From Callorhinchus milii (taxonomy: Eukaryota): a stretch of DNA of 64,000 nucleotides. The notes under the pieces were generated by a model. The model searched no databases, was not told the origin of the DNA, and saw nothing but the letters and a program-made list of their open reading frames with translations. Shown here piece after piece: positions 41,236 through 55,230 of the stretch. The translations under genes and the position numbers were made by a program. The first letter of the stretch is position 1. Every line of letters starts with the position of its first letter. Location of the stretch: assembly GCF_018977255.1 (NCBI RefSeq), contig NW_024704742.1:51090001-51154000 (forward strand), in the 5' to 3' direction.

Positions 41236-42313
41236 CTAAAGAAAATAAAAAAGGATGATTTTATACCTAGATTTTACAAAGATTATTTTATTCTCTGGAA
41301 AAACTGCAAATGCTGAAGTGCAGAATACACTAAAAACTGGTGAAAGCCAAGACTAGATGAAACTAATCTAAAGCAGCAGAAGTTTTGCTATCCTATGTTT
41401 ATGGCAAGTATTTAAATAATACTACTTACATTTATGACTAACTGATGAGAAAATGTAGTTCGCATAATAATTACAAGCTAATTTAACAGAGAAGAGTCCA
41501 CTTATTTAACTGAAGTGGCAATAATAACAGATTGAAGTTGTGTCCTTCAATGGATTTCGCAGAGGTTAAAACCAATTCACGGTGGTATAATCCAATTAAA
41601 ACCAAATCTTGTCATATGCAAATGCATAGGAACCCAGAAAAGGCTGGCAAACAACCAAAGGTAATACAATTCCTTTTAAAGACTGCGGAGACAAAGACAA
41701 AATGACAACACTAAAAATACTGTTAATTCCTTACGTTACAGCTAATTACTTCCCGTTAACACATTTTTCATACCGTGGCTTGTTTTGAATTTAAAATATC
41801 GCTTTAAAAGTAATGCCAGAAATAATAGTTTGAAATGTAACAAAAGTCACATTGTTTTGATCAGATTTTCAATGTGTTTTGAGTGAAAATAAAGCCAAGT
41901 TAAATCAAATAAAACCTTAAACAAGATAATATTTATAGTGGAATGCACTAATATACATCCAATAGAACTTTTTCTTGTTTCACAAATTACAACAAACATT
42001 TCTGTTAAGTAAGTTAGATGAGACAATACCATAAAACTACTTTTTCAGCTCATAATTTTCAGGTGTCACATTAGTGACACTGCCACTCTGAAATGACAAT
42101 TTGCTCTTATACAGTAATTTCAGATATGGATACATCTTAAAGCACTTTACAAAGAGGGAATAGGAGAGCAAGTTGGGAGGGAAATGGGGTCAGGGAAAGG
42201 TAGGGTTTTGACTATCTGCTAGGAGAGGCAGACAGTGACGTGCGGGCAGTTCTCTTCTTAATTTCTGTCAGGTAATATATGACCTCTGTACTTTAGTGCC
42301 CCCCACACTGTGC

Positions 42314-42690
42314 ATCAGCTTGGTGCAATGGTAGCATTCTTGCATCGGAGTCAGAAAGTTGTGGGTTCCAATCCTACATGGGGACTTGGAAGTTGTATAG
42401 TCTGACTGGGGGTGGGGGGTTGCATCGTAGGAGGTGCTTTCAGATGAGACGTTAAACTGAGGTCCCGTATGCCTGTTAAGGTGGACATTGAAGATCCCAT
42501 GGCAGTGGGATGTCCTGGCCAGCAATCCCCCAAATAAAATTGATCATTCACTCCATGGTTGTTTGTGCGACATCACTGTGCGCAACTGGCTGCCGCTTTT
42601 CACCCACAAAATACAAATTAATTCATGTGAAGTGCTTTCAGAAGTCTCAAAGACATGATACCGGCTGTATCAAATGCAACGATTTTTATG
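42314..42690 (+). mobile_element. Deu-SINE
   Basis: cagatgagacgttaaactgaggtcccg...gaagatcccatggca core, with head and tail as at 13904. Confidence 0.8.
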
Positions 42691-44382
42691 ATGTAGCACA
42701 TCTTGGATTAATTGCAGATATTTATACACACAACACTCACTGCACCACTCTGCAGCACTTTGCTGTTCAGTCACCTTTATTAATCCCCCCTCCTCAAAGC
42801 TTTCAAAATCCATCACAATCAGGGCTCCTGCAAAGCTACGTGCAAGTTTGCATGCACTCTGATACAATCACCAATTACTATCTGATCAAAAGCTCAAACT
42901 TGCTTTAGCCTTTCTAAATTGAGTCATTTATCGAAAAAAACATTTTGTAGAATAATTAATACTCATTAATTATTCTTCAAAATTATTCTACAAACAAAAG
43001 ATACGCAGAATGATAATCAATCATTGAAACCACTGAAACTATTCTGAGGAATATCAGATCAGAACACTATGTGGATGGTTGATTTCACTGAACAAAGTTT
43101 TAAAATGTGAGTGACATTCCTTCTGGACTAAATTTGATTTTAATGGCAGTTCTAGTTGACAGCAGAGTTCTCTGCCTGTGACATTTTGCCTCTTGCCCAA
43201 GACATTATTCAAACTGTGATGCGTTTTCCCCTCATATCTGTAGAACATATTATTTTGTGACAAAAAATGTTTTTCTTGCCTCTTCACTTTACCCGACATC
43301 ATGATTTATTATTCCCAGCGGTGCACATACAAAACTTATTTGACAGCTCACTAGTAGCAGAAGTTACACTACTCAAAACTTAGGCAATGCAGAGCTTGAA
43401 TACTCATACTTGCACATTTACTCAGGGCTCTGATCACTGGCAGAATTGTCTGCTCTTTAGTAACATTACAAAATTTAAAAACATGGGTAGGTATGAAGCT
43501 ACTTTCATGAGGAGATCTCATAATTTTACTAAATTTAAATTGCACTCAATGATCCAAAATCAGAGCTGTAATGCAGTGTGTGCCAATGCAAAGTGATTGC
43601 TCATATCATCTCAGGAATTCGAGCAGAACTGACCAATTACGGACAGATTAACCCCTACATCTATTCCTATCCCTATAGATAGCATAAAGTTACACAATAA
43701 GAAGATTTGTTTTAAAAAACAGGTACTTCGATGTACTAAAGGTGGTGCTAATACTGTCCGTATTTTCAAGCTAAAGTAAACCAGGTATCTGGAATCTGGT
43801 CCAGAAACGGAAAATTAAAAAACATTTCCATGGGCCAGCATGTGGCCTCCTGCGGCTCACTCCCCGAGCATGTCTCCAGTACCCCGTGCTTGCTGCTCTT
43901 CAGTGGTCAGGGACTCAGTTGGAATCCCACAAGCAGTCAACAGCTTATTTACTATCTTCCATTCACAGGATTCAAACATTTACAACAAGTCGACACTGAA
44001 AGAAGCCGGCAAATGCTGCTACTGGCCTCGTAATTAAATTTTGCTGGAGTTCCATACAAATCTAAATGTAGTGAATGCGTATTCTTCTAGGCAAATGTGG
44101 CAGCCAACAAACATAAAGTGAATGCCCAATTTTATTGGGGGGGGGGATTGTTGGCCAGGATAATGGGAAAAACTCCCTTTTTGAATAGGGAGGAAGGATT
44201 CCCGCAAACCAATGAAGCAGGTTATTCAGTTTCAGAAATGTTGTATTTACTGTGTGCCCTCCAGCTCCACTTTAATCTTGATAAATTGGAAAAATTATAA
44301 ACAGAGTAAGATCAGTGATTTAATTTAGTGAATCGTTATACCACTTAAAGCAAAGAAATAACCTTCAGTTCAAAGCTATTCA

Positions 44383-44565
<183 letters not shown>

Positions 44566-44787
44566 CTATTGAATCTATTTTATGGCATTTATTAAAATGA
44601 TACTGAAAATGTTTTAATTATTTATCAACAATTTAGTCTAATTGATTGTAGTGCGACAAACCCTGTTCACAGCTGGTATTTCAAACCACACTGAACAATA
44701 AATTATGGTTATTTCTGCCTTTATTTTGGCTTCTAGAATTTTAAACATCATTCTTCCGTTTAAGCTATTTGTAAAATGAACAAATCA

Positions 44788-44979
<192 letters not shown>

Positions 44980-45778
44980 CTAGAGTGAAAAATCAGAAAT
45001 ACATTTTCTAAAACAGTAAAACTAAAATAGTCATTATTTTATTTCAATTTATGAAAATGTTTCTCCCAAAATATAATGATAGTGTTTGGATTTTCTATTT
45101 GTCGTAGAATATTTCAAAGAATTACAAAAGAATTCAAAGCACATACATGTTATGTTACAAGGTTAGAACTATAATTTTGAAGTTCTCGACTCCTGACCAG
45201 AAGACCGGAATTTCGATATCTATTGGATATTGAATGGCATCCATTTGGGGCTTCAATGAGTAGGTGTGAGAGATAGAAAGAAACAAAAAAATAATTTGTA
45301 ACAGCTGCATTGGTACTAACCACTTCAGCAACTCAGAATCAAAAATCACTGGGACCACAACTGCATTTACACAGTATTTCAGGGTTGGATGAAGACTAAA
45401 CATAAATAGGGAGGGTAGAAAGATTTAGGTTTCACCTCATCCTGTCGATTTATTACTTTCTTTTAGGTAGCAACTATTCCACATTTGTTGTAGAATATAC
45501 ATTGACAATTCTGGGTGGGAGGAATCACCCTGAAGTGAATACATCTGCCCTCGGGACAGAAATCGGTTTTGAAATAGTTTGAGCAAATTCTGCAGGAAAT
45601 GTTGCACTAAAACTGACTGTAATATAGAAAGAAAATGTTGTTGATAGTTGAAAATATATTTATGAACTGAAGCTGCTTTTATTTTCATGCAATATCAGTA
45701 TTGACATCCATAATCTATACATAATCACAGCACTGCATTCTAAGATCTATTAAAAGGCTGAGACAATTGAAGAGATTA

Positions 45779-45952
<174 letters not shown>

Positions 45953-46939
45953 TCAAACACAGACAAGGTCAAACATCAAGGACTTTCCTCCAGTCACTAA
46001 CTTAATTAAGTCTGGAAAGTAATAAATAAATGTCAGTAAATTGGGTTCCTTATAATTGTAGGGTCCCTACCACCAACCCAGCTGAATTACCTAACAAGAC
46101 AGTGAAGGGATTCAACCTGGTCGAGAGAATGAATCACAAAGGAATGCACCTCTATACACTCATGCCTTTTAACGTTCATTTGCATTTCAACTGCAACTTT
46201 CTCATAAGTTATAAGTGATAAGCTTTCAGCAGCACTAGATAAAGTACAACATCCAAGTTTATAACTTTGGCAAGAGCATAACTAGTACATCTCTAATACT
46301 CTCCATCCATTATAATTTGGTTCCAAGCCAACTCTCTGTGGCGGTCTCAGTTCCTGAGCCATGCAAATCCACAGAACTCCAGGATATTGCTGATGACAGC
46401 CCAGTCAGCCTGGCTCACTGTCAGGACTTGGAAGAGCAGACCAGTCACTGGGGGCAGGGACTTTTCCATTCAGCCCTGGTTAACCTGCAAGCCAAAGCTC
46501 TCATGATAGAGTGGTCTTAACTGAACAAGGAGTGGGAAATCTGCCAGACAATGCTTTCAACGGCAACCGAAGCGTGGAAATCTCAGTTTGGTTTGGATAC
46601 TCTTAAGTACAGTGATGGATTTCCACATGTATCAAACACCCGGCTGACCAAAAAATCCATTATGAATTGTTACTAACCACAACAACTTGCATTTATATAA
46701 CCCCTTCACGTGGGGTAGCGTCTTGGAGCACTATTAACAATATAAGACGAGAGAAAAGAGCATAGCAATGTAATTAGAGTAGTTATCTCTAGTGAAGGAT
46801 CTATCACGAGCATCTCCATGAGCTGAATGGCCTCCAATGCTGTAGCACTATATCAAAATGCAAGGATTATTATTTACTACGATTCTATAAAGAATCATAA
46901 ATTGAAAGACATCTCAAGAGGCAGAAATCAAAAGCGTAC

Positions 46940-47547
46940 CTGCTACCTGAGCCGGATCCACCAGAGTATGCCTGGAGATGGAAATCAGTTTGCTGAGGAG
47001 ATGAACTGTCATCTCCTGAGTGGACGCTGAGGTAAAGCCTTTGAGAAATAACTGCTGGAGGCCAGGAAAGTTGTTCCACTTCAGTTTGCTCTGCACTTTT
47101 TCTACCTTCTCCCTGCTCTCCGATTTATCCAGCGGCAAATGTGTGAGCAGTTTATTGAGCAGCTTCAGTGCCAAGAGGTACTCGTACTCATAGTCTGACT
47201 CTAACAGGGCCGTAGCTATCCAGAAAACGGTAGCCATCAGACTACTAGGATCAGCAGTTGGCTGCTGGTCAGGTGTTGCTCCCTCTCTGAGAGAGGAGAG
47301 GCTTCGAGTCCTCGCCAAGTTACCAAAATTCATCCTTCCATCCAAAATATCCAGTGTATTACTTCGACGTCGGTCACCCCGCCGTTCACCCAACAGACTG
47401 GCTCGCAAGGAGTTACTTCTTGCATGACAACTATAATGAGTTAGGAAACCACTGGTATTGAGTGGGCTTGTGCTTAGGTTCAGTTGTCCAGTGCTTTTCC
47501 TGTTAGCTGCCAACTTGGTGACCAGTAACGAATCAGTCAAGTGGGTT
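46940..47547 (-). CDS. fryl: fryl large exon (THLTDSLLVTKLAANRKSTGQLNL...VDPAQVA)
   Basis: ctttccag / G|gtacg, 608 nt, phase 2 to 1; lies within the 223-aa ORF. Confidence 0.95.
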
Positions 47548-47667
47548 CTGGAAAGCAAAGGGAGAAACATTATTTCATAAAGCATTGTGCTTTATCGAAT
47601 AAAATATGTACGTTAGGATTCCTGATGCAAACTGTAAATAAACCTCTTCAAAGAGACAAGTACTTAC

Positions 47668-47762
47668 TGAGAAAGTGCAGAAAGGAGATCATAATGTTTC
47701 ATTGTGTCTGCAAGTGTGTCAATGGCAGACTCCAGAGTGAGCAGCAGTTCTATAACAAAACC
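47668..47762 (-). CDS. fryl: fryl exon (GFVIELLLTLESAIDTLADTMKHYDLLSALS)
   Basis: ttcacag / CA|gtaagt, 95 nt, phase 0 to 2. Confidence 0.95.
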
Positions 47763-47914
47763 CTGTGAATAAAAACAACATAAAATATTTAGTTATCATA
47801 ACCTCAGCCACAGAAGTGTACAAGCTGACCAAGTTCTTAAGATACTGAATGACTGACAAAGATTGAATTGTTTTTCTTCTATAAGAATCCTAATTATATT
47901 ATACTAGTGATAAC

Positions 47915-48112
47915 CTAACTCGCCTCCTTCAAGTCCTATCTCAAGACCCTCCTCTTCGACCGTGCCTTTGGTCAACCGCCTATCCCTCCCATCCCCGCCC
48001 TCCACCTCTCCTGATCCCAACCACCAGCTCAGGTGCGGATCCCTGACTGTCCAGCGTCTTGGGACGTCCTCCTGATGTGAAAGGTGCAATACAAATGGAA
48101 TTTGTTGTTGTT
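47915..48112 (+). mobile_element. L2 LINE 3' end
   Basis: ctcaagaccctcctcttcgaccgtgcc...gggacgtcctcctgatgtgaaagg...(ttg)n. Confidence 0.8.
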
Positions 48113-48215
48113 GAGATAACAGAATCCATCCTTATGCACAACTTGATTTCTGATATTACTGTGATCACAATTTGTTCATTTCTATAATCACATCACAACT
48201 GAATGCATAGCTTCA

Positions 48216-48753
<538 letters not shown>

Positions 48754-48870
48754 TCAATCCACATTAACCTAATTCTTATACAGCATATATTTATAGGACA
48801 CTTTTGAAATCTCACTGAGAGAGGTTACTCACTGAGAGGTTCTCACTGAGAAATCCAACATTCATACATT

Positions 48871-49179
48871 ATAATAATAATCCTTGCATTTGATATAGCG
48901 CTTTTCACATCGTCTGGACGGCTCAAAGCTCTTCACAGAATATACTGTAAAGTGAATTGACTGTATATTTGCGGGCGAAACGCAGCAGCCAATTGTGCAA
49001 AGCAGTGTCCCACAAACAGTTGTGGATTGAAGTGATCAACTTTATTATTTTTATTCTTTTGGGATTATTATCAGGCGTGTGGAGTAAGGAAACTTGCCCA
49101 AGGTTTTGCCCTGCCGAGAATCCAACCCAGGTCTCTTGCTTGTGAGGCGAGTGCTCTAACCACTGAGCTACAGGACTCC
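48871..49179 (-). mobile_element. Full-length short tRNA-derived SINE, followed by partial copies at about 49215-49360 (-) and 49535-49640 (+)
   Basis: Reverse complement of the 61078 SINE. Confidence 0.85.
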
Positions 49180-50029
49180 ACATACAGAGCATAGTCACTA
49201 GTTGGTCATTTGACATCCTTGCATTTGGTATAGCGGCTTAACACGTTTTCGAGACGTCTCAAAGCGTCTGTAAAGTGAATTGACTATATTATGTGGACAA
49301 AACACAACAGCCGATTGCGCATAGCAGTGTCCCACAAACAGTGGATTGAGTGACCAAATTGTTTTTTTTAATAATAACATTAAAAGTTAGGAACACAAGA
49401 ACAGGATAGACATGTCGCCTTTGAGCCTGTATCCGGTTCCACTACTTTGTTACAACATGACAGATTTTATAATCCCTTTTCCTTACTTCTTCACATCCCT
49501 TAAAACCCTTAATTCTGAAGTACCTATCTATTTCGCCCACAAAATCCACAGTCAATCCACTTTACAATATATTCTGTGAAGTGCTTTGAGGCATCTCAAC
49601 AATGCAATAAGGCATTATATCAAATTCAAGGATGATTATTGTCATCTCTCTTTTGAAACATCCTATTTAATTCTGAATCTACATCCTTGCCTTCCACTTT
49701 CTCATAATCCTCTATGGGAAGGAATGGTTTCTGATCACACTTCCGAGAAATTTTAAGATGATGTCCTCCAGGTATGCTGAGGATAAAAATCCATTGGGAG
49801 ATGAGTAAAGGGGAGCTATGAATATTGTGTGCCATCACATAGCACATTACTATGTAATAGCACATTACATTAATAGTATGGAAATATTTGATTCTACAGC
49901 CCGATACTTGAAATTGCTCGTGGTCTTTGCCTTAAAATGTAAGACTGTGCAGAATTTAGGAAATTCTGTTTTAATTTCTGCAAACATAGGCTTAGTTTCT
50001 ACTTAGATGTGGGGATACTCAAATCTACC

Positions 50030-50530
50030 TACCTCTCTACTTCTTCCTGATTCCAAGTCCAATGATGTTCTAATCGCCTGCCTGTCTGACATCAAGCCTC
50101 AACTTTCTTCAGCTAAGCATGGAGAAGGCAAAAGCTATCCTCCTTTGACAATACCTCCTTTATTGCTCTAATTTCCTCAACATTCTCTCTCCCTCGGCTT
50201 CAAAATCCTCACCATCACCTACAAATCCCTTCACAATTTCTCAGCTCTCTACGCCTGTGATCTTCTCTACCCTCCCTCAATCCCTCTGCTCAGCAAACTC
50301 AGATCTGCTTATCTCCTGCCTCCTCCACCCACCATCAGTATCCAAGATGTCACTATGCATCCACCCTCTGGAATTTACTCACTCAACTTTTTTGTCTAGC
50401 TCCTCTCCTTTGTCTGCAAAATCATTCTGAAAGCTATGTCTTGGATTGTGCCTATGGTCACTTGTTTGTGATCCCCTCCTCCCCAGTCTGGCACCATATT
50501 TGTAATATGTTCTGAGATGATCCTTTACAT
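50030..50530 (+). mobile_element. Old L2 fragment
   Basis: gcctgcctgtctgacatcaag, aactttcttcagctaa, ttcaaaatcctcaccatcacctacaaatcccttca. Confidence 0.6.
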
Positions 50531-50906
50531 TAACAGTAACAAATTGCATTTATATCGCGCCTTTCATGAGGAATTATGTCATGGAACGCTTAGAGAATGT
50601 TATAGAAGTGCACGTTGTTGTTAATTTGGAAGTCAATTATCCATAGTATATGTTTTACAATAAGAAAACAGGACAATGAGATTCTGCTATCACGAATAAA
50701 CATTTTGAAACAGTTACTTAACATCATGTAATTGCATGTTTAAAAATGCATTTTTATATTACATATGTTAACATTTACCTTACTTAATAAATAAGCAGGA
50801 TTTGCTTAACTAAGGACATTTTCGCCTGTCCATTAAAATGAGGAGAGGAAGGGAACATTTCAAGCCTCATCTCTGGACTACCTACTTACAAAACGCATTA
50901 GCTTAC

Positions 50907-51111
50907 CTTGTGGTTATAAATTCGATGAGTGTTTTCACTTTTTCATCTTGCTCTGCAGTAATGTCCACCTCATTTAAGATGGTGGGTGTTAGTTGGGGAA
51001 TGGCAGCACTTGTAGTTCCTAAACTGATGCTAGAAGAGGTAGAGCTTGAGCTGAGTCCTGAGTCTGTCATTGGCGATGGCTGGTAATCTGGTGCAAATTC
51101 ACTGCCCCCTG
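50907..51111 (-). CDS. fryl: fryl exon (GSEFAPDYQPSPMTDSGLSSSSTSSSISLG...LIEFITT); NAGNAG start at 51111 or 51108
   Basis: ttcttccag(cag) / AG|gtaag, phase 1 to 2. Confidence 0.92.
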
Positions 51112-51389
51112 CTGGAAGAACAATACAAATGCAACTTCAGCAGGACACTTAAAAAGACTATCAGACTGGGACGCATCTTCTTATTCAACTACTTTTTTTT
51201 AAAAAGGATTTAATTATACAGTTAAGCATACATCCATGGCAAAAACATCTTTTTTTTGTGAGAAATTACCAAGATCATGGAGGTCACTTTTTGATATTAT
51301 CAGCTGATTATTTATTAGTTGATGCATACCAATTAAATAAGATTAACTCATAAATAGTCAACTAATAATATAAGGGCACAGAAAATAGT

Positions 51390-51850
51390 ATTATTATTAC
51401 ATTTATATAGCACCTTTCACATTGGGAGGACATTCCAAAGCACTGGGAGGACATTCCAAAACCCTAGCTTTGACATCCAAACTAGGGCTGAGAACCAAGG
51501 GGGATGTGGAAGAGGAAATGACAGAAAACATGCTCACAGAAGTACGTCTTGAGGTGGACCTTGAATGAGAGGAAGGAAGGAGAGTTGGGAGGACTTTGGA
51601 ATCGAGTTCCAGAGAGTGGAGGCAGATAGGCTGAAAGACATATTTCCGATGGTAGGGCGGGAAAGGCTGGGGACATGATGAAGGTCTGTCCCAGCTGGAG
51701 TTCGGGTTGAGGAGGTTGCAGAGGTGGGGCAAGACAGTGGAGGGTTTGTTGGTACAAATGAAGATTTTGAACTCAATCCGCTGGGAAATGGGAGCCAACT
51801 GAGCCGGTTGAGGGGTGATGGGCTGAATAGGGATGATACTGTCATGCAAC
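51390..51850 (-). mobile_element. L2 LINE 3' fragment
   Basis: QRIEFKIFICT, FSLSASTLWNSIP, FKVHLKTYF in frameshifted minus-strand ORFs. Confidence 0.8.
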
Positions 51851-52124
51851 TTTGTGTGGGAAAGGACACGTTCATATACTCAAAGAGGGATTCAAAATTG
51901 TTTGTTACTTATACTAGTTTTGCATTTGCAGCTTTTTGTTTTATTACAATAAATCTTAAAAAAAGTTATGTAAATATCCTAACACATTTTCCACTTTAAA
52001 AATGTGGCTTTTGCTCATTGGAAATAGAATTCAATCATTTGGCGCCATCTACTGGGAATAAATGGAACCAACAAGGTTTCTCATATCAAACTTTTTTTTG
52101 AAAGATACATGATTAGTCACTAAC

Positions 52125-52310
52125 CTGTAAAACTGTACTCTATATGAGTGGCTGGTTTGACAGTGAGCACTTTAGGGTCAGTATAATCCCGGTTCCTGAG
52201 GAGGACGGAGGCCATGGCTTGAACATTACTGTTATAGTCCATTACTATAAGCAAGTGCAAAAGCAGTCGCTTACAGTGCTCGTATACTTCAGGGTGCTGG
52301 TGATCAAATC
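52125..52310 (-). CDS. fryl: fryl exon (FDHQHPEVYEHCKRLLLHLL...EYSFT)
   Basis: ctctag / G|gttagt, 186 nt, phase 1 to 1. Confidence 0.95.
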
Positions 52311-52555
52311 CTAGAGCAAGACAGATTAAAATAAAATAAATTTATGTTTGCTAATAGAAAAACACAACACAGTTCAACTCTCTGACACTTTACCTCATTA
52401 ATTACAGGAACTCAGTACCAAATCACAAATTGACTTTATATACTTCCTCCCCAAGGGTCATAGCTTCAAAATAAAACCAACAAAAACAATAGGAAATGCA
52501 AAATATCTTTTTAGTAAAAAATTAATGGAACAAAATGCTCTTTGTTGATAATTAC

Positions 52556-52659
52556 CTAAAAATATTGCATGAAGCAAGAGATGCATATAGCTTCCCCATT
52601 CCACCTTTACACTGTGATCAACGATAAGATCAGTCAGAAGAATCACTGCTATGTTACAT
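52556..52659 (-). CDS. fryl: fryl exon (CNIAVILLTDLIVDHSVKVEWGSYMHLLLHAIFL)
   Basis: tttccag / G|gtaat, 104 nt, phase 2 to 1. Confidence 0.95.
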
Positions 52660-54207
52660 CTGGAAATACAAAAAAAATATTAATAACTCAAAAGAACACT
52701 CAGAAATGTTACAACATAAATACAATGAACTCCATCCCCTGAGAACCCCAACTTAAAAAATAAATAACTCTTAAAAGAACTGTAGATGTTGAATGTGTGG
52801 TGCACTAATTGCAAACAACATTTTCTTTAAAGTGGCATCACTTAACTGTTTTCAAACAAAAAACTCCCTTTTTCCTTCTATTACAAATATTGAGAGGATT
52901 GTTGTGTAACTTGTGGAAAACAGCACTTCTCCATTTTGGTTCTGTAGTGATGGACATAGTTTGGGATATTTGTATAGGGAGATTCTTCCAAAATTCCCAT
53001 CAACACGTCTTAAATGCTCAAGTGCTCAGAGATGCTACTCCATATGAAGAACGGTATACAAATGCAAGTTGTTGTTGTTAACCTTGATCATGGTACAGTA
53101 TATAGTACCAGCATCATTTTATTTTTATTTTCGACACCTCTGTGAGCAAGTCCCAGTTCATGCTGAATTATAGACAGTTTTGTGGTACGGCCCTTACCCA
53201 ATAAGAACGAGATTGAGGCTATCACTTTGCTTCACTCAGTACCACTTACAGCCAATAGAGTGAGGAGATTTTCATGCCATCAGTCTTGGTGAATAAATAA
53301 ACCCAGGTTCCAGAGGTAAAACAACAAAAGCATCATCTAGTTCTTAAGAAAAGAAAAAAAATCTATGGAAAGGGCAGGGGTAGGTACATGGGTAGCTCTT
53401 TCAGCGCAGATGCAGCAAGTTATGATTATGTGTCAAAACATCTTTAATAATGTTTAATTTTGTTGCCTTGTGCGTCGGACCCCAGCAGTAGTTAAAGACA
53501 TTGAAAGGGGGAAATTCTCTTCTTCTGATTCAGAAAAGGGGAAACGTACTATCCCCCTATTTGCTAAATTAGTACAATTCACCTGATTTCTAATTATTCT
53601 TATTTAATGAAGTATTTTGAGACAATCTTTTACATGAAACACAATACATCAATCTAAGAAGATGTGTATGGTTAGAGGTTCTTTTTCCATTGTAAAATTG
53701 ATCTCTCTTAAGCTGCATGCTACAACAACTGCTATATACTGTTGAGTCATTCTACAGCACAGTATGTTGTATAGTAATGTACACTGGAACGTCTGAAACC
53801 ATCACTGAGAAGAAACAACCCATTTAAACTGACGCACACTAGGGTAGCAAGGCACAGGAATCCTGCAAGTCAGTTATGATCTATTGACAGTTACTGTCAG
53901 GATTCCCTAATAGTGAACAAATCACTATTAGTAAATCCCCTTGTGAAATCTTTCTTTTCCAATCCCAATGGCACTTTTGAAACAAGCTGCGAGAGGTACG
54001 GAAGAAATGTGACATGAAACAACAGGTTAGCCTGGAATCAGAAATAATACATTTCCATCCTTCTTGTGAAGAGGATCAAGATCAAGAACATGCAAAAATC
54101 CCACCTCAAACTCTTCAGAAGCTAACCTCTGTGGTTTTATTCTAATAATTTTGTGTGAAAGAATTTCTTGTGGTGGTAATGCATTAATGTAACTGGTATG
54201 AACATAC

Positions 54208-54358
54208 CTGTGCAGGGGTACCCCAGAGGTGCCAGTCTCAGGCAGATAATCAGCCAATGGTGACCAGCTTCCGCCAGTGGGAGAGAACGGCAATGGCTCT
54301 GCTCGGTTTAGTTCCATTACTTTCAGCCTCCAGTTTGCATAAATTGGCATGGAATCAT
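54208..54358 (-). CDS. fryl: fryl exon (DSMPIYANWRLKVMELNRAEPLPF...GVPLH)
   Basis: tttaatag / AG|gtatgt, 151 nt, phase 1 to 2. Confidence 0.95.
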
Positions 54359-54894
54359 CTATTAAACAACAGCTCAGTTAGTATCAAACTGCTTAGCTAG
54401 CACTAAAGTTGCTTAGCAATAAAGTTGCTAAGCAGTTTGACAACAAAATAATCACTACTTTCAAATTCCATGGGAAAAATTCATATTTTACATATTCAGA
54501 ATACTAACAGACCAAAACATTGCAGTGATGTACAATTACTGTAGTCACAGAGTGCTTGGAATAAATGGATAACTGAGATATGTTTTATTTATTGGTCAAA
54601 AATGAGCAAACTCTCGTTAAACCAGTTATGAAATCTTTATAATGAGGCAATATTAAACCCAGTAAAATCTGATATATTTCAAACACTGCAATGACTGAAG
54701 CTAGAACGCACTGTACTGCAGTAGGATGTGGGCTCAAGCAGCAGTTTCCTGGTTACTGTGGTGCTGTTGTGGGATAGTGCGGAGCACAGCACAGGTGCTT
54801 CCCACAGGGAGGAAGCAACAATTTGAAGGAGAGTCACCCAGGGCCTCAGTGATGCTCTTTCTAGCAGCTGATTTCAGAGGAGCATCAAGTGAGG

Positions 54895-55230
54895 CCTGAG
54901 AGTACAGAGATTTACAAAGAGTGTACTGCCCGGAAACAGGCCACTTGGACCAACTAGTCCATGTTGATATGTTATGAGTCTTCACCCATTCCTTACTCCC
55001 TTCCATACCCTTCTATTCCCCTCTCCCTCATATGAAGGTCTTCCTCTTGAATCCATCTATACTATCTGATTCAACCATACGTTCCACAATCTCAGTGATG
55101 TAGTTCCTCCTAAAAAAAAATTTAGATTCCCTAGTCAGTATCTTATACTTGTGTCCCCTGGTTACAGACCCACAAACCAGGGGAAACAGCCTATTTGCAC
55201 TAACCTTATCAAGCCCTTTTATAATCAAAT
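54895..55230 (-). mobile_element. CR1 LINE 3' fragment
   Basis: IIKGLDKVSANRLFPLVCGSVTRGHKYKI is the CR1 ORF2 C-terminus. Confidence 0.8.
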
